Shown here in pieces: positions 11,483 to 21,932 of a DNA stretch of 64,000 bases (its first letter is position 1; the number at the start of each line of letters is the position of its first letter). Origin of the DNA: Prochlorococcus sp. AG-402-P16. Its GTDB lineage: Bacteria; Cyanobacteriota; Cyanobacteriia; PCC-6307; Cyanobiaceae. The notes beneath the pieces are model-generated. The model saw only the letters and a list, made by a program, of their open reading frames with translations, had not been told where the DNA came from and searched no databases. The translations under genes and the position numbers were made by a program. The DNA is taken from NCBI GenBank assembly GCA_003216295.1, contig QCJB01000008.1, forward strand, positions 1,569 to 65,568. The letters run 5' to 3'.

Positions 11483-12164
11483 TTTTATATTCATTTAAGA
11501 TGTCTTCAATTTCTTTTAAATATTGTATTTCTTTTAAATTGTTACTTTGTTCAAGAAAATTTTCTTTTGTTAGCTCAAAACTTTTCTCTTTTAAAAACCA
11601 AACATAACACCCTGCTTTTAGAGCTGACGAAACTCCAGAGATTGAATCTTCAACAGCCCAGCATTCTTGAGGTGAAATATTTAATTTTTTAGCAGCTAGA
11701 AGATATGGGTCTGGATCAGGCTTACCCCTTACTAGTGATTTGTCATCGCCAAGAACTTTTATTGAAAATAGATTCATCCATTTATGATGAGCGGTTTTTA
11801 TTTGCAGTGATTCAGCGCTGCTACTTGTTACTAAGGCCATTGGAATATTATTTTCAAAACACCATTTTACGAGACTCTCACCACCTGGCATTGCTTGAGC
11901 AGAGAGGATTAATCTTCTTGAAATTGGCTTGTGCCTACTTAATAAATCTTTTAGTTCAACCTCCTTTGGGATTAATTCAATAAGTTCTTTCGCACAGTCG
12001 ATTCTTCTTCTGCCTCTTAGGAGTTTTAATTGATTTTTAGTAAGATTTAAATTATAAATTGATGCAGTCTCTTGCCATGCCTGACCGTGTAAGGGTTCTG
12101 AATCAATTAGAACTCCATCAAGATCGAATAAAAATGCTTTTGGGAAGTTCCAATTTTTTTTCAT
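11463..12164 (-). CDS. HAD-family phosphatase (CbbY/pseudouridine-5'-phosphatase-like)
   Basis: LFDLDGVLIDSE, VTSS, GKPDPDPY, VEDS..G; overlaps the sds 3' end by 20 bp. Confidence 0.88.
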   Translation of the reverse strand: MKKNWNFPKAFLFDLDGVLIDSEPLHGQAWQETASIYNLNLTKNQLKLLRGRRRIDCAKELIELIPKEVELKDLLSRHKPISRRLILSAQAMPGGESLVKWCFENNIPMALVTSSSAESLQIKTAHHKWMNLFSIKVLGDDKSLVRGKPDPDPYLLAAKKLNISPQECWAVEDSISGVSSALKAGCYVWFLKEKSFELTKENFLEQSNNLKEIQYLKEIEDILNEYKINKVYL

Positions 12165-12255
12165 TATGAATTTGTTTTAAATAAGAGTTTCACTATTCAA
12201 GCCTTTTGGTCAGAAATAGCTTGAATGCGATAAATGAAAAGATGTTTTTTCCTTC

Positions 12256-14232
12256 ATGACTTCAGACAATTCTAACTCTATTGAGTCAGTTCTTCAGGAG
12301 CAGAGAGTTTTCCTTCCTTCTGATGAATTCTCTAGTAAAAGTAGAATCTCTTCTTTTTCTGGATATTTGGAAATGGCAGAGATGGCTAAATCTGATCCAA
12401 ACAAGTTTTGGGGTGATGCCGCTAGAGAGGAATTACATTGGTTTAAATCATTTGAAAAAGTTCTTGATTGGTCCAATCCACCTTTTGCTAGATGGTTTGA
12501 TGGTGGAAAAACAAATATTTCATTTAATTGTTTAGACCGTCATTTAAATAATTCAACAGCTGAAAAGGTCGCTTTAATTTGGGAAGGCGAGCCGGGTGAT
12601 CAAAAAAAATATACTTACAGCCAATTACATAAAGAAGTTTGCAAAGCAGCGAATGCGCTCAAATCATTAGGAATAGGTAAAGGAGATCTAGTAGCTTTAT
12701 ATATGCCGATGATTCCTGAAGCTGCAATTGCAATGCTTGCTTGTGCAAGGATTGGGGCTCCTCATTCTGTTGTCTTTGGAGGTTTTTCCTCTGAGGCTCT
12801 CAGAGATCGATTGATTAACGGAGAGGCTAAAGCAATAATTACAGCTGATGGTGGTTTTAGAAAAGATAAAGTTATTCCTCTTAAAGATGCTGTGGATTCA
12901 GCATTGGAGGGCGATGCTTGCTCAAAGGTTGAATGTGTTTTAGTTGTTCAACGTAGTAAAAAATCTATTGCAATGGAAGATGGCAGAGATTTTTGGTGGC
13001 ATGAAGTTGTAGATAGTCAGTCTGACGAATGCTTAGCAGAAGAGATGGATAGCGAGGATTGCTTATTTGTTTTATATACCTCTGGTTCTACTGGTAAGCC
13101 AAAGGGAGTTGTTCATACAACTGCAGGATATAATCTTTGGTCTCATTTAACTTTTAAATGGATTTTTGATATTCGAGAAAATGATGTTTATTGGTGCACT
13201 GCGGATGTGGGTTGGATAACGGGACATAGTTATATCGTTTATGGCCCGCTATCTAATGGGGCTACCACTGTTATGTATGAAGGAGTTCCTAGACCATCTA
13301 ATCCTGGAGCCTTTTGGGAAGTGATTCAGAAGCATAAAATCTCAATTTTTTATACCGCTCCTACCGCTATTAGAGCCTTTATGAAAGCGGGAAAAGAAAT
13401 TCCTGATAAATACGATTTGTCTAGTTTGAGACTTTTAGGAACTGTGGGAGAGCCAATCAACCCAGAGGCTTGGATGTGGTATCGAGAGGTCATTGGCGGA
13501 GGGCAATGCCCAATTGTTGATACTTGGTGGCAAACAGAAACTGGTGGAGTAATGATTAGTCCCCTTCCTGGAGCTACTCCTACAAAACCGGGCTCAGCAA
13601 CTTTTCCTTTGCCTGGAATTGATGCAGATGTGGTTAATTCTGATGGGATCTCTGTAGCAAATAATGAAGGTGGCTATTTAGTAGTTAAAAAACCATGGCC
13701 AGGGATGATGAGAAATGTTTATGGTGATGAAAAAAGATTTAGAGAAAGTTATTGGGAGTATTTAAAACCTTCGAATAATAACCATATCTATTTTGCAGGA
13801 GATGGCGCTAGAAGAGATGATGAAGGTTATTTTTGGGTCATGGGGCGTGTAGATGACGTTATCAATGTTTCTGGTCATAGGCTTGGAACAATGGAAATTG
13901 AATCTGCTTTGGTTAGCCATGAATTAGTTTCAGAGGCAGCAGTTGTTGGTAAGCCAGATGATTTAAAGGGAGAATCGATAGTAGCCTTTGTTACCTTGAA
14001 AACTGGAGCAAAATTAAATGAAAATATTGATACACAATTAAAAAAACATGTAGCGAGCGAAATAGGTCCTATTGCTAAACCTGATGAAATTAAATTTACT
14101 GACGCCCTTCCTAAAACAAGAAGTGGAAAGATAATGCGCAGGATTTTAAGAGCTTTGGCTGCTGGTGATGAAATAAGTGGAGATACTAGTACGCTTGAGG
14201 ATAGATCAGTTTTAGATAAATTAAGAAGTTGA
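12256..14232 (+). CDS. acs: acetyl-CoA synthetase
   Basis: [38 protein letters not shown]. Confidence 0.98.
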   Translation: MTSDNSNSIESVLQEQRVFLPSDEFSSKSRISSFSGYLEMAEMAKSDPNKFWGDAAREELHWFKSFEKVLDWSNPPFARWFDGGKTNISFNCLDRHLNNSTAEKVALIWEGEPGDQKKYTYSQLHKEVCKAANALKSLGIGKGDLVALYMPMIPEAAIAMLACARIGAPHSVVFGGFSSEALRDRLINGEAKAIITADGGFRKDKVIPLKDAVDSALEGDACSKVECVLVVQRSKKSIAMEDGRDFWWHEVVDSQSDECLAEEMDSEDCLFVLYTSGSTGKPKGVVHTTAGYNLWSHLTFKWIFDIRENDVYWCTADVGWITGHSYIVYGPLSNGATTVMYEGVPRPSNPGAFWEVIQKHKISIFYTAPTAIRAFMKAGKEIPDKYDLSSLRLLGTVGEPINPEAWMWYREVIGGGQCPIVDTWWQTETGGVMISPLPGATPTKPGSATFPLPGIDADVVNSDGISVANNEGGYLVVKKPWPGMMRNVYGDEKRFRESYWEYLKPSNNNHIYFAGDGARRDDEGYFWVMGRVDDVINVSGHRLGTMEIESALVSHELVSEAAVVGKPDDLKGESIVAFVTLKTGAKLNENIDTQLKKHVASEIGPIAKPDEIKFTDALPKTRSGKIMRRILRALAAGDEISGDTSTLEDRSVLDKLRS

Positions 14233-14234
14233 TT

Positions 14235-14999
14235 TTAAATCTCCCAATTAGTTATTTTATTAACTATTAAATCAATTTTATTATATTTTAAAGAATTTTC
14301 AAAATTATATTTTAATAACTTTTCTCTTAGACCTAGGCTCACTGGGGTTAAGTGATTACCGTCTAGTTTCATTATTTTAGAGTTGTCAATATTTCTTTCT
14401 TTTAATAGTTTTAGTAATATTTTGCTTTGATCCAGATTATCATTTTTAAAGCTTATTAATAGGTTATTTATTTGTTCATAGTAATTATTTATAAGGTTTA
14501 ATGTTTCTTCAGGGCTAGGACTAAATTCACTTTCAAAGTTTAGCTTTTTAGAGATTCTCTTAAGCATAGGTATTGATTTATCTGCCTTGAAGTTATTAAA
14601 ACTGATAGCAACTAAACCATTACAATTTCGTCCTCCATCTGGAGCTAGTAAATGCAATTTACATCCAAGACTATGACCAAATCTTACTGATTTTTTTATT
14701 AAGCCAACTTTTTTTTCAAGGATTTTCCGAGAAAAACGAAATTCTTTCCAAGCTAAATTAGCTTGAATTTGATGATCAAAGTTAGGGATATAACTCCATG
14801 AATGTACCGCAAAGCTTCTTTGCAGAAGTCCTGAAATTATTCTTTTATAAGCAATTTCTGGTTTTATGGAAACATAACTACCACCAATTATTTCTACAAG
14901 ACCGATTGGTCTTGATGGCCAATGGCAAAATACATCATTTATGCGTCTAATGGTACTCATTAATGCGTGATTAACCTTGAAAAGAGAAATTAAAAACAA
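14235..14999 (-). CDS. DUF1350-family alpha/beta hydrolase-like protein
   Basis: GGSY, GHSLGCKLH nucleophile-elbow motif, ISFNN, F.PSP.ET, GNHLTP; true start may be a downstream Met. Confidence 0.8.
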   Translation of the reverse strand: MFLISLFKVNHALMSTIRRINDVFCHWPSRPIGLVEIIGGSYVSIKPEIAYKRIISGLLQRSFAVHSWSYIPNFDHQIQANLAWKEFRFSRKILEKKVGLIKKSVRFGHSLGCKLHLLAPDGGRNCNGLVAISFNNFKADKSIPMLKRISKKLNFESEFSPSPEETLNLINNYYEQINNLLISFKNDNLDQSKILLKLLKERNIDNSKIMKLDGNHLTPVSLGLREKLLKYNFENSLKYNKIDLIVNKITNWEI

Positions 15000-15097
15000 T
15001 TATAAATATAATTGTTTTTAATTTCTGATGTTTTAAAAAGTTTTTCTTAAAGTCTGTTTTTTCGATGATAATGGATGCATGAGTAATTAAATTTGAT

Positions 15098-15943
15098 TTG
15101 AAAGAAGAGCATAATGATATGAAAGACAGTCAGCAGCTGAACTTTCTCAATGGCACAATTAAAGAAAGTTCGACTAGAGAGAATAAAGCTAAAGGATTAA
15201 AAGATTCTTCAAGATCAAAAAACGAACAGCATGAAATTCTTAATCTTCAACAATTACCAATGAATGTTTTAATTTTGGATACTGAAACTACAGGACTTGA
15301 TAATGAGAATGATGATTGTCTTGAAGTCGGCTCGATACTTTTCAATGTTGCAACGCGGTCGGTTTTGGCACAACAATCGTTTCTTCTACCTGTTGAAAAA
15401 AACAATGCAGAAAAAATAAATAACATACCTGCTGAGATAACCAGATTGCCTCAACCTTTATCTGAAGCAATTAGATATTTTGAATCTTTAGTTCAAGCAT
15501 CAGATGCGATAGTTGCTCATAATGCTGAATTTGATAAGAAATGGTTTGGTCTTAAAAAATTGCCTGAGATAGAAAAAAAATGGATTTGTTCCATGGATGA
15601 CATATCATGGCCAGATGATAGGCAACTTAAGAGTCGCCCTTCTGTAAGAGATCTTGCATTGGCTTATGGAGTCCCAGTATGGAGTGCTCATAGGGCTTTA
15701 ACTGATTGTATATACATAGCGGAGGTATTCAAAAGATGTAGTGAACTAGAGAATCTTTTGATTGGAGCACTTGAACCAAAAGTTCTTCTGCGTGCTGACA
15801 TCTCCTATGAACAAAGATATTTAGCTAAAAACGCTGGTTTCAGATGGAATGATGCCATTAAGGGTGCTTGGTCTAGAAAAATGAGTCGTCGAGATGCCCG
15901 AAAACTAGAATTTCCTTTTCATGAGATAGATGTTCATGATTGA
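15098..15943 (+). CDS. DEDDh 3'-5' exonuclease (DnaQ/epsilon-like)
   Basis: ILDTETTG, AHNAEFD, AHRALTDC exonuclease motifs I-III; start uncertain. Confidence 0.88.
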   Translation: MKEEHNDMKDSQQLNFLNGTIKESSTRENKAKGLKDSSRSKNEQHEILNLQQLPMNVLILDTETTGLDNENDDCLEVGSILFNVATRSVLAQQSFLLPVEKNNAEKINNIPAEITRLPQPLSEAIRYFESLVQASDAIVAHNAEFDKKWFGLKKLPEIEKKWICSMDDISWPDDRQLKSRPSVRDLALAYGVPVWSAHRALTDCIYIAEVFKRCSELENLLIGALEPKVLLRADISYEQRYLAKNAGFRWNDAIKGAWSRKMSRRDARKLEFPFHEIDVHD

Positions 15944-16035
15944 GGTTGATTTTCATAAAGTACTCATTTCAAATCTTGGCTATATATTTAATGTGTGAGT
16001 AATGAGTTTTCTATGCTTTTATCAATGATCAGTTT

Positions 16036-16323
16036 ATGAGAAAATATTTAACTAATAAAAATGTAGTTGGTCAGTCTCCTCTTTTTAAAAGTAAGACAGA
16101 TGGTAATCAGTTAAAAAAACGTCTCCGTCAATGGCAGCACTCCAGGAGTTGGGCGCGTTTAATTTGTGAAGCAGAAAAAATGTGGGGTCTTGAATCAAGA
16201 GAGCTAAAAAGACTTGGGGCTATTGAATTAATTCAACTTCAAAATGAAATGCCTTTTAATGTTAGAAGAAGAGTAAATTTTTGGTTGGTCAGATATTCAG
16301 GCGCTACTCGATTAGAAGAATAA
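16036..16323 (+). CDS. hypothetical protein (picocyanobacterial type)
   Basis: 95-aa ORF filling the gap between the exonuclease and hisS; Trp/Arg-rich RLRQWQ..RSWARLI segment. Confidence 0.7.
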   Translation: MRKYLTNKNVVGQSPLFKSKTDGNQLKKRLRQWQHSRSWARLICEAEKMWGLESRELKRLGAIELIQLQNEMPFNVRRRVNFWLVRYSGATRLEE

Positions 16324-16450
16324 TCTTATTGAATTGCTGGTTTGAGTTTTAACGATTCAATATGTTAGAAATAGATAATGAATAGTTTTTTCTCTGTATA
16401 GGTAAACAATTATTATTAAACAAACAACAAATAATTTTGCCTAAGCTACT

Positions 16451-17722
16451 TTGACAAATTTAAAGAATTTACGAGGAATGGTAGATCTTCTACCAGCTCA
16501 GATTGATTACTGGCAGAAGGTTGAATCTATTGCAAGAGATCATTTTAGTCGGGCTGGGCTCGAAGAAATTAGAACACCGATTATTGAACAAACCGAATTG
16601 TTTTTAAGAGGTATTGGAGAAAATACTGATGTTGTGGGTAAGGAAATGTATACCTTTGAAGATAGAGGTGGTCGTTCTTGCACCTTGAGACCAGAAGGCA
16701 CTGCTTCTGTTGCAAGAGCTATTCTTCAGAATGGTTTGTTGAATAATGGACCTCAAAGGCTTTGGTATGGAGGACCAATGTTTCGTTACGAACGTCCTCA
16801 AGCGGGAAGGCAAAGGCAGTTTCATCAAATTGGAGTTGAATTTGTTGGATTTGATTCTGTTATTAGTGACGCTGAGGTTATTTCTATTGCTTGGGATTTT
16901 TTATGTGCCCTTGGCTTGAATGATTTGACTCTAGAACTTAATACTCTTGGTAGTAATGAAGATCGTCATAGTTTCAAAGAAAAATTAAAAGATTGGTTAA
17001 ATCAACGATTCGATTTGCTAGATGAAGATTCTCAAAAAAGAATTAATGTTAATCCTTTGAGGATTTTAGATAGTAAAAATATTGCTATAAAAAAACTTTT
17101 ATGTGAGGCTCCATCTTTAAGTGACTTTTTATCGAAGGAGAGTAAAAATAGATTTGATTTCTTACAGGAATTACTAAATAATTTAAATATTCCATATAAA
17201 ATAAACAAAAATCTAGTTCGAGGGCTTGATTATTATTCTCATACGGCTTTTGAAATAACAAGCGATCATCTTGGATCTCAAGCAACTGTATGTGGAGGGG
17301 GAAGATATGACGGGTTGATAGCTGACTTGGGAGGTCCAAAAACACCATCAATTGGATGGGCGATCGGAATGGAAAGATTAATTATCCTAACCAAAGATAG
17401 AATATCTCATTCAAAATTTCCTGATGCTTATGTTATTAATAGAGGTCAAAATGCTCAACAAGTTGCTTTGAAGATTACTCGTAAATTAAGGTCAGATAAT
17501 TTTAGGATAGAATTGGACTATTCGGGCTCATCTTTTTCTAAACAATTTAAGAGAGCAGACAAAAGTGGTGCTAAATTGGCAATAGTAATAGGTGAAGATG
17601 AGGTCTCAAAAGGTCAATTGATGATAAAGCAATTAAGAGATGATGAAAAAGAAAAGGGAGGTAAAGAATATATTTGTTCTATAGAGGAGCTTAATCAGTT
17701 AATTTCAAAATTGATTGTTTAA
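16451..17722 (+). CDS. hisS: histidine--tRNA ligase
   Basis: [41 protein letters not shown]; TTG start. Confidence 0.98.
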   Translation: MTNLKNLRGMVDLLPAQIDYWQKVESIARDHFSRAGLEEIRTPIIEQTELFLRGIGENTDVVGKEMYTFEDRGGRSCTLRPEGTASVARAILQNGLLNNGPQRLWYGGPMFRYERPQAGRQRQFHQIGVEFVGFDSVISDAEVISIAWDFLCALGLNDLTLELNTLGSNEDRHSFKEKLKDWLNQRFDLLDEDSQKRINVNPLRILDSKNIAIKKLLCEAPSLSDFLSKESKNRFDFLQELLNNLNIPYKINKNLVRGLDYYSHTAFEITSDHLGSQATVCGGGRYDGLIADLGGPKTPSIGWAIGMERLIILTKDRISHSKFPDAYVINRGQNAQQVALKITRKLRSDNFRIELDYSGSSFSKQFKRADKSGAKLAIVIGEDEVSKGQLMIKQLRDDEKEKGGKEYICSIEELNQLISKLIV

Positions 17723-17743
17723 TAAAATGATTGATTTTTTCAA

Positions 17744-19147
17744 ATGAGCTTTATGAAAATTCGTAAAATTTGTTGTATTGGTGCTGGTTACGTAGGTGGT
17801 CCGACAATGTCTGTTATTGCAGATAAATGTTCAGATTTAGAAGTTAAAGTTGTTGATATAAATAAAGAAAGAATCGCGGCATGGAACGACAGTGATTTGA
17901 ATAATTTACCAATATTTGAACCTGGACTAGATCAAATAATCTCAAGAACAAGAGGGCGAAACCTTTTTTTTAGTTCAGAAATGGAAAAGTCGATTGCAAA
18001 TGCTGACATGATTTTCATATCAGTCAATACCCCTACAAAGACAAAAGGTTTAGGCGCAGGACAAGCAAGTGATCTTAGTTGGGTAGAAGCTAGTGCAAGG
18101 CAAGTCGCAAAATATGCAGAAGGTCATACCATAGTTATTGAAAAAAGCACCTTGCCCGTTCGTACGGCACAAGCAATAAAAGAAATACTTGAGGCAACGA
18201 AGAAAGAAAATGCAAAAAATAAAAATCCGAAAACCTTTTCTGTCTTATCTAATCCTGAATTCTTGGCGGAAGGGACAGCAATAAGTGATTTAGAGGAGCC
18301 TGATAGAGTTTTAATTGGCGGGGAAGACCCTGAAGCTATTAAAGCATTGGTAAATATTTATTTGAATTGGGTCCCTATAGAAAAGATAATTTGCACAAAT
18401 TTATGGAGTAGTGAACTCTCAAAACTTGCTGCCAATGCATTTTTGGCACAACGTATTAGTTCGATAAATTCTATTTCGGCTTTTTGTGAAGCTACAGGTG
18501 CAGATATTAATGAGGTCGCTAAAGCAATAGGCACTGATAAAAGGATAGGGAATCAATTTTTAAGTGCAGGACCTGGATTTGGTGGAAGTTGCTTTAAAAA
18601 GGATATTTTAAATCTAGTTTATTTAAGTGGTTATTTTGGTTTGCCAGAGGTTGCCAATTATTGGAATCAAGTTGTGGTACTTAATACTTGGCAACAAGAT
18701 AGAATTTATAAAATCGTGCTTGAAAAACTCTTTGGTACTGTTAGTGGGAAAAATATAGCAATACTTGGCTTTTCTTTTAAGGCAAATACTAACGATACCC
18801 GAGAATCTCCCTCTATTAGAATTTCATGCGACTTACTTGAAGAGGGCGCTTTGCTTTCTATTTATGATCCTAAGGTTTCATTTGAGAGAATAAAAGAGGA
18901 TTTTGAAAGATTTTCTTTCAATAATCAAGGTATTTGGAAAATGGTAAATTCAATTCCCGATGCTTTGAAAAATGCTGATGCAGTCTTAATTCTTACCGCA
19001 TGGGATGAATTTTTTGGTCTTGATTGGAAGTATTTAGCCTCTTTAATGAGATCACCAGCGTGGGTGTTTGATACAAGATCTGTTGTTAAGCGTCAAGAAA
19101 TAAAAAATACAAGTTTGAATTTGTGGAAGTTGGGCGAGGGCAGTTAG
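17744..19147 (+). CDS. ugd: UDP-glucose 6-dehydrogenase
   Basis: CIGAGYVG, EKST.P, NPEFLAEG, GFGGSCF.KD catalytic Cys, D.RES. Confidence 0.95.
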   Translation: MSFMKIRKICCIGAGYVGGPTMSVIADKCSDLEVKVVDINKERIAAWNDSDLNNLPIFEPGLDQIISRTRGRNLFFSSEMEKSIANADMIFISVNTPTKTKGLGAGQASDLSWVEASARQVAKYAEGHTIVIEKSTLPVRTAQAIKEILEATKKENAKNKNPKTFSVLSNPEFLAEGTAISDLEEPDRVLIGGEDPEAIKALVNIYLNWVPIEKIICTNLWSSELSKLAANAFLAQRISSINSISAFCEATGADINEVAKAIGTDKRIGNQFLSAGPGFGGSCFKKDILNLVYLSGYFGLPEVANYWNQVVVLNTWQQDRIYKIVLEKLFGTVSGKNIAILGFSFKANTNDTRESPSIRISCDLLEEGALLSIYDPKVSFERIKEDFERFSFNNQGIWKMVNSIPDALKNADAVLILTAWDEFFGLDWKYLASLMRSPAWVFDTRSVVKRQEIKNTSLNLWKLGEGS

Positions 19148-19242
19148 AATTTATTCTTTTTAAGAAATAAAACGCTATAGTAAAACTTAACTCATTAAAA
19201 AAATTTAGTTTAAATTTTTACTAATTTACTTTTCAACAAATA

Positions 19243-19446
19243 ATGTTATTTAACTTTTTATTTAAAAGAAAGAAAAATTTTCAGAAGAAAATTAAATCTA
19301 AACCCGCAATAAATGATTGGATGGAATTAACGAAAGAACAAAGATTTGAAATAGATTCAAAAGAGAAAAAAGAATCCATGAAAAAAAAGAAGGCATTATT
19401 GAAATCTATTAGAGAAGAATATATTAAAATTAAAAACAAAAAATGA
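19243..19446 (+). CDS. small Lys-rich hypothetical protein
   Basis: 67-aa ATG ORF with charged helical composition; NDWMELTKEQR segment. Confidence 0.6.
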   Translation: MLFNFLFKRKKNFQKKIKSKPAINDWMELTKEQRFEIDSKEKKESMKKKKALLKSIREEYIKIKNKK

Positions 19447-19535
19447 TAATATGTTATTAGTATTAGTGAATTATAAATGTCTATATTAATGATTAAAAAA
19501 TTCATGAATGCTACCATTTTTATTTTATTTATATT

Positions 19536-19874
19536 ATGAATTGGCCCCCTGCTAAAGCTTGGACTAGTATTGCAGGCAAAAATGGACAAAGGCATTTTGT
19601 TTCAATAAATTATAGTATTAAATCATCAGAGAGATGGGTGTTAATGATGTCTGTACTTGACTCAAGTATAGTAGTCAGGGTGCCTTGGTCCCAACTAATT
19701 AATCCATCAAAGTGGAAATGTGGATGGGATGAGAATAATTCTTTTCATTCTTCTGAGATATTTGATAATAAAAGTGAAGCTATTTCTGATTCTTGTGTCC
19801 ATCCCTCTTTTGACTCTGGTTTAACAATACCAATATCTAAAGATACGATTAGGCCTTGGTTTACTAATTCTTAA
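19536..19874 (+). CDS. TIGR02450-family Trp-rich protein
   Basis: WPP.KAWTS....G.RHFV..NY, W..L.NPS.W..GW pattern. Confidence 0.8.
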   Translation: MNWPPAKAWTSIAGKNGQRHFVSINYSIKSSERWVLMMSVLDSSIVVRVPWSQLINPSKWKCGWDENNSFHSSEIFDNKSEAISDSCVHPSFDSGLTIPISKDTIRPWFTNS

Positions 19875-19973
19875 GAACTCTTTTATATAATCTTTTTCAT
19901 AATTATATATCCATATATTTATTGATAATTAGATCTTAAATTTACTATTATTAAGTGATAGTATGATTTTGTT

Positions 19974-19993
19974 TTCCTTCCTTCCTTCCTTCC
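19974..19993. repeat. tetranucleotide simple sequence repeat (TTCC)5
   Basis: ttccttccttccttccttcc read directly. Confidence 0.95.
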
Positions 19994-20027
19994 TTTTGCT
20001 TTTTACGTTAAAAAAAAGAAAATAACT

Positions 20028-20279
20028 TTGTTAAATATGAGAGAGTGTTCAAAGTGGCTTTCAGCAAAAGACGCTAGTAAACTTTTAAGAGTTGAAGAGA
20101 AAAATTTAAAGGTCTTGAGAGAAGAAGGCTATTTAAAGCCAGGGATTCATTGGAGAAGTTCATCTGACCCTAAACAATTGCCATGGAACCCAAAAGTTTT
20201 TTATCTCATAAGTGCATGTAAAGAATTTCTTGAATATAAGGAAGGCAATGATGGTTTTTCTGAGCAGATAGCAGCTTAA
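20028..20279 (+). CDS. small MerR/excisionase-like HTH protein
   Basis: WLSAKDASKLLRVEEKNLKVLREEGYLKPGIHWR fits the winged-HTH pattern; start may be ATG 20037. Confidence 0.7.
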   Translation: MLNMRECSKWLSAKDASKLLRVEEKNLKVLREEGYLKPGIHWRSSSDPKQLPWNPKVFYLISACKEFLEYKEGNDGFSEQIAA

Positions 20280-20322
20280 AAAAAAATAGACTTTTCTTGA
20301 TATTTATTTAAGGATTGATTTG

Positions 20323-20505
20323 TTACGCTACAAGGTTTTCTCCTTTACAGTCTTTAATGGATGTTTCTAGGACTGGATAAAGAGAAATCATTTTTCCGTA
20401 CTCAGGTGATGTCCTATAAAAGTTTGCTTTTTTTCTGTAGTGGTCCTCGGTCTCCATTGCGAGACTATTAATCTGCTTCAATTCCATAACAATTCTCCAA
20501 TTCAT
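20323..20505 (-). CDS. small hypothetical protein
   Basis: 60-aa ATG ORF, less AT-rich than its flanks, convergent with the HTH gene. Confidence 0.6.
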   Translation of the reverse strand: MNWRIVMELKQINSLAMETEDHYRKKANFYRTSPEYGKMISLYPVLETSIKDCKGENLVA

Positions 20506-20856
20506 TTATTTCTTTAATAGTTACAAATAAAGATCGCAAATTGATATTTTATATTAATTACATATTTGAGGGTATTTACATGGTGTTTTAACGTAATTCG
20601 TTACGAATGCCTGATATTAATTTTTTTATGTATAAATTAATTTTTCATTATAAATTTTATTGTATACCTTCTGAGGCTTAAATATTTTTAGTAAAATCCT
20701 CCATCTGTTTTTTTCATTTAAAACCTATCTTTTGAATGTATTTTTTAGTTGTATTGGATTTGAATAATAAAAAAAATTTACAGATTCTTTCTCTTACATG
20801 AGTATTTGATGAATTTGCAGTAATCTCGGATCGGTTTTGAAAAAATTGCACTTCTA

Positions 20857-21909
20857 ATGCAGACCTATGGAAATCCAGGTGTCACCTACGGGTGGTGGGC
20901 TGGTAATTCTGGGGTCACCAACCGCTCAGGCAAATTTATTGCTGCACATGCCGCTCATACCGGTTTGATTGCTTTCTGGGCTGGTGCCTTCACTTTGTTT
21001 GAACTTGCTCGTTTTGACCCTTCCGTACCAATGGGTCATCAGCCTTTAATTGCGCTTCCTCATTTAGCAGCTTTGGGTATTGGTTTCGATGAAACTGGAG
21101 CCTTTGTTGGTGGAAGTGCGGTTGTGGCAGTTGCTGTGTGTCATCTAGTTGGATCCATGGCTTATGGGGCAGGTGGATTAATGCACTCTCTTCTCTTTTC
21201 AAGTGACATGCAGGAATCTTCTGTGCCACAGGCCAGAAAATTCAAGCTTGAATGGGACAACCCAGATAACCAGACTTTCATCCTTGGACATCATTTAATT
21301 TTCTTTGGTGTTGCATGTATATGGTTTGTTGAATGGGCGCGAATTCATGGGATCTATGATCCTGCTATTGGTGCTATTCGTCAGGTTGAATACGACCTTA
21401 ACTTGAGTCATATATGGGATCATCAGTTTGACTTCCTAACTATTGATAGTTTGGAAGATGTTATGGGAGGTCATGCTTTCTTGGCTTTCTTAGAAATTAC
21501 TGGTGGTGCATTCCATATAGCTACAAAGCAAGTTGGAGAATATACGAAGTTCAAAGGAGCTGGTCTTCTTTCTGCAGAAGCTATTCTTTCTTGGTCATTA
21601 GCTGGTATTGGTTGGATGGCGGTAGTTGCAGCATTCTGGTGCGCACAAAATACTACTGTTTACCCTGTTGAATGGTTTGGTGAACCGTTGGCACTCAAGT
21701 TTGGAATTTCTCCTTACTGGGTAGATACAGTTGATCTTCCTAATGGTGCACATACCTCTAGGGCTTGGTTATCTAATGTTCATTACTACTTTGGCTTCTT
21801 CTTTATCCAAGGTCATTTATGGCATGCTCTTAGGGCAATGGGATTCGATTTCAAACGAGTCACTAATGCTTTAAGTAATTTAGATACTGCTTCAGTTTCT
21901 TTGAAATAG
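20857..21909 (+). CDS. pcbA: chlorophyll a/b-binding light-harvesting protein Pcb (CP43/IsiA family)
   Basis: MQTYGNP...GWWAGN, AHAAHTG, ILGHHL, GHLWHALRA; six TM helices; high-expression codon bias; paralog letter inferred from locus context. Confidence 0.92.
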   Translation: MQTYGNPGVTYGWWAGNSGVTNRSGKFIAAHAAHTGLIAFWAGAFTLFELARFDPSVPMGHQPLIALPHLAALGIGFDETGAFVGGSAVVAVAVCHLVGSMAYGAGGLMHSLLFSSDMQESSVPQARKFKLEWDNPDNQTFILGHHLIFFGVACIWFVEWARIHGIYDPAIGAIRQVEYDLNLSHIWDHQFDFLTIDSLEDVMGGHAFLAFLEITGGAFHIATKQVGEYTKFKGAGLLSAEAILSWSLAGIGWMAVVAAFWCAQNTTVYPVEWFGEPLALKFGISPYWVDTVDLPNGAHTSRAWLSNVHYYFGFFFIQGHLWHALRAMGFDFKRVTNALSNLDTASVSLK

Positions 21910-21932
21910 TTAAATAAAGTATCTAATTTAAC

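Noticed and set aside
19281-19595. 104-aa minus-strand ORF
   Set aside because: Antisense to two better-supported + strand genes; F/I/L-rich as expected from AT-rich antisense DNA
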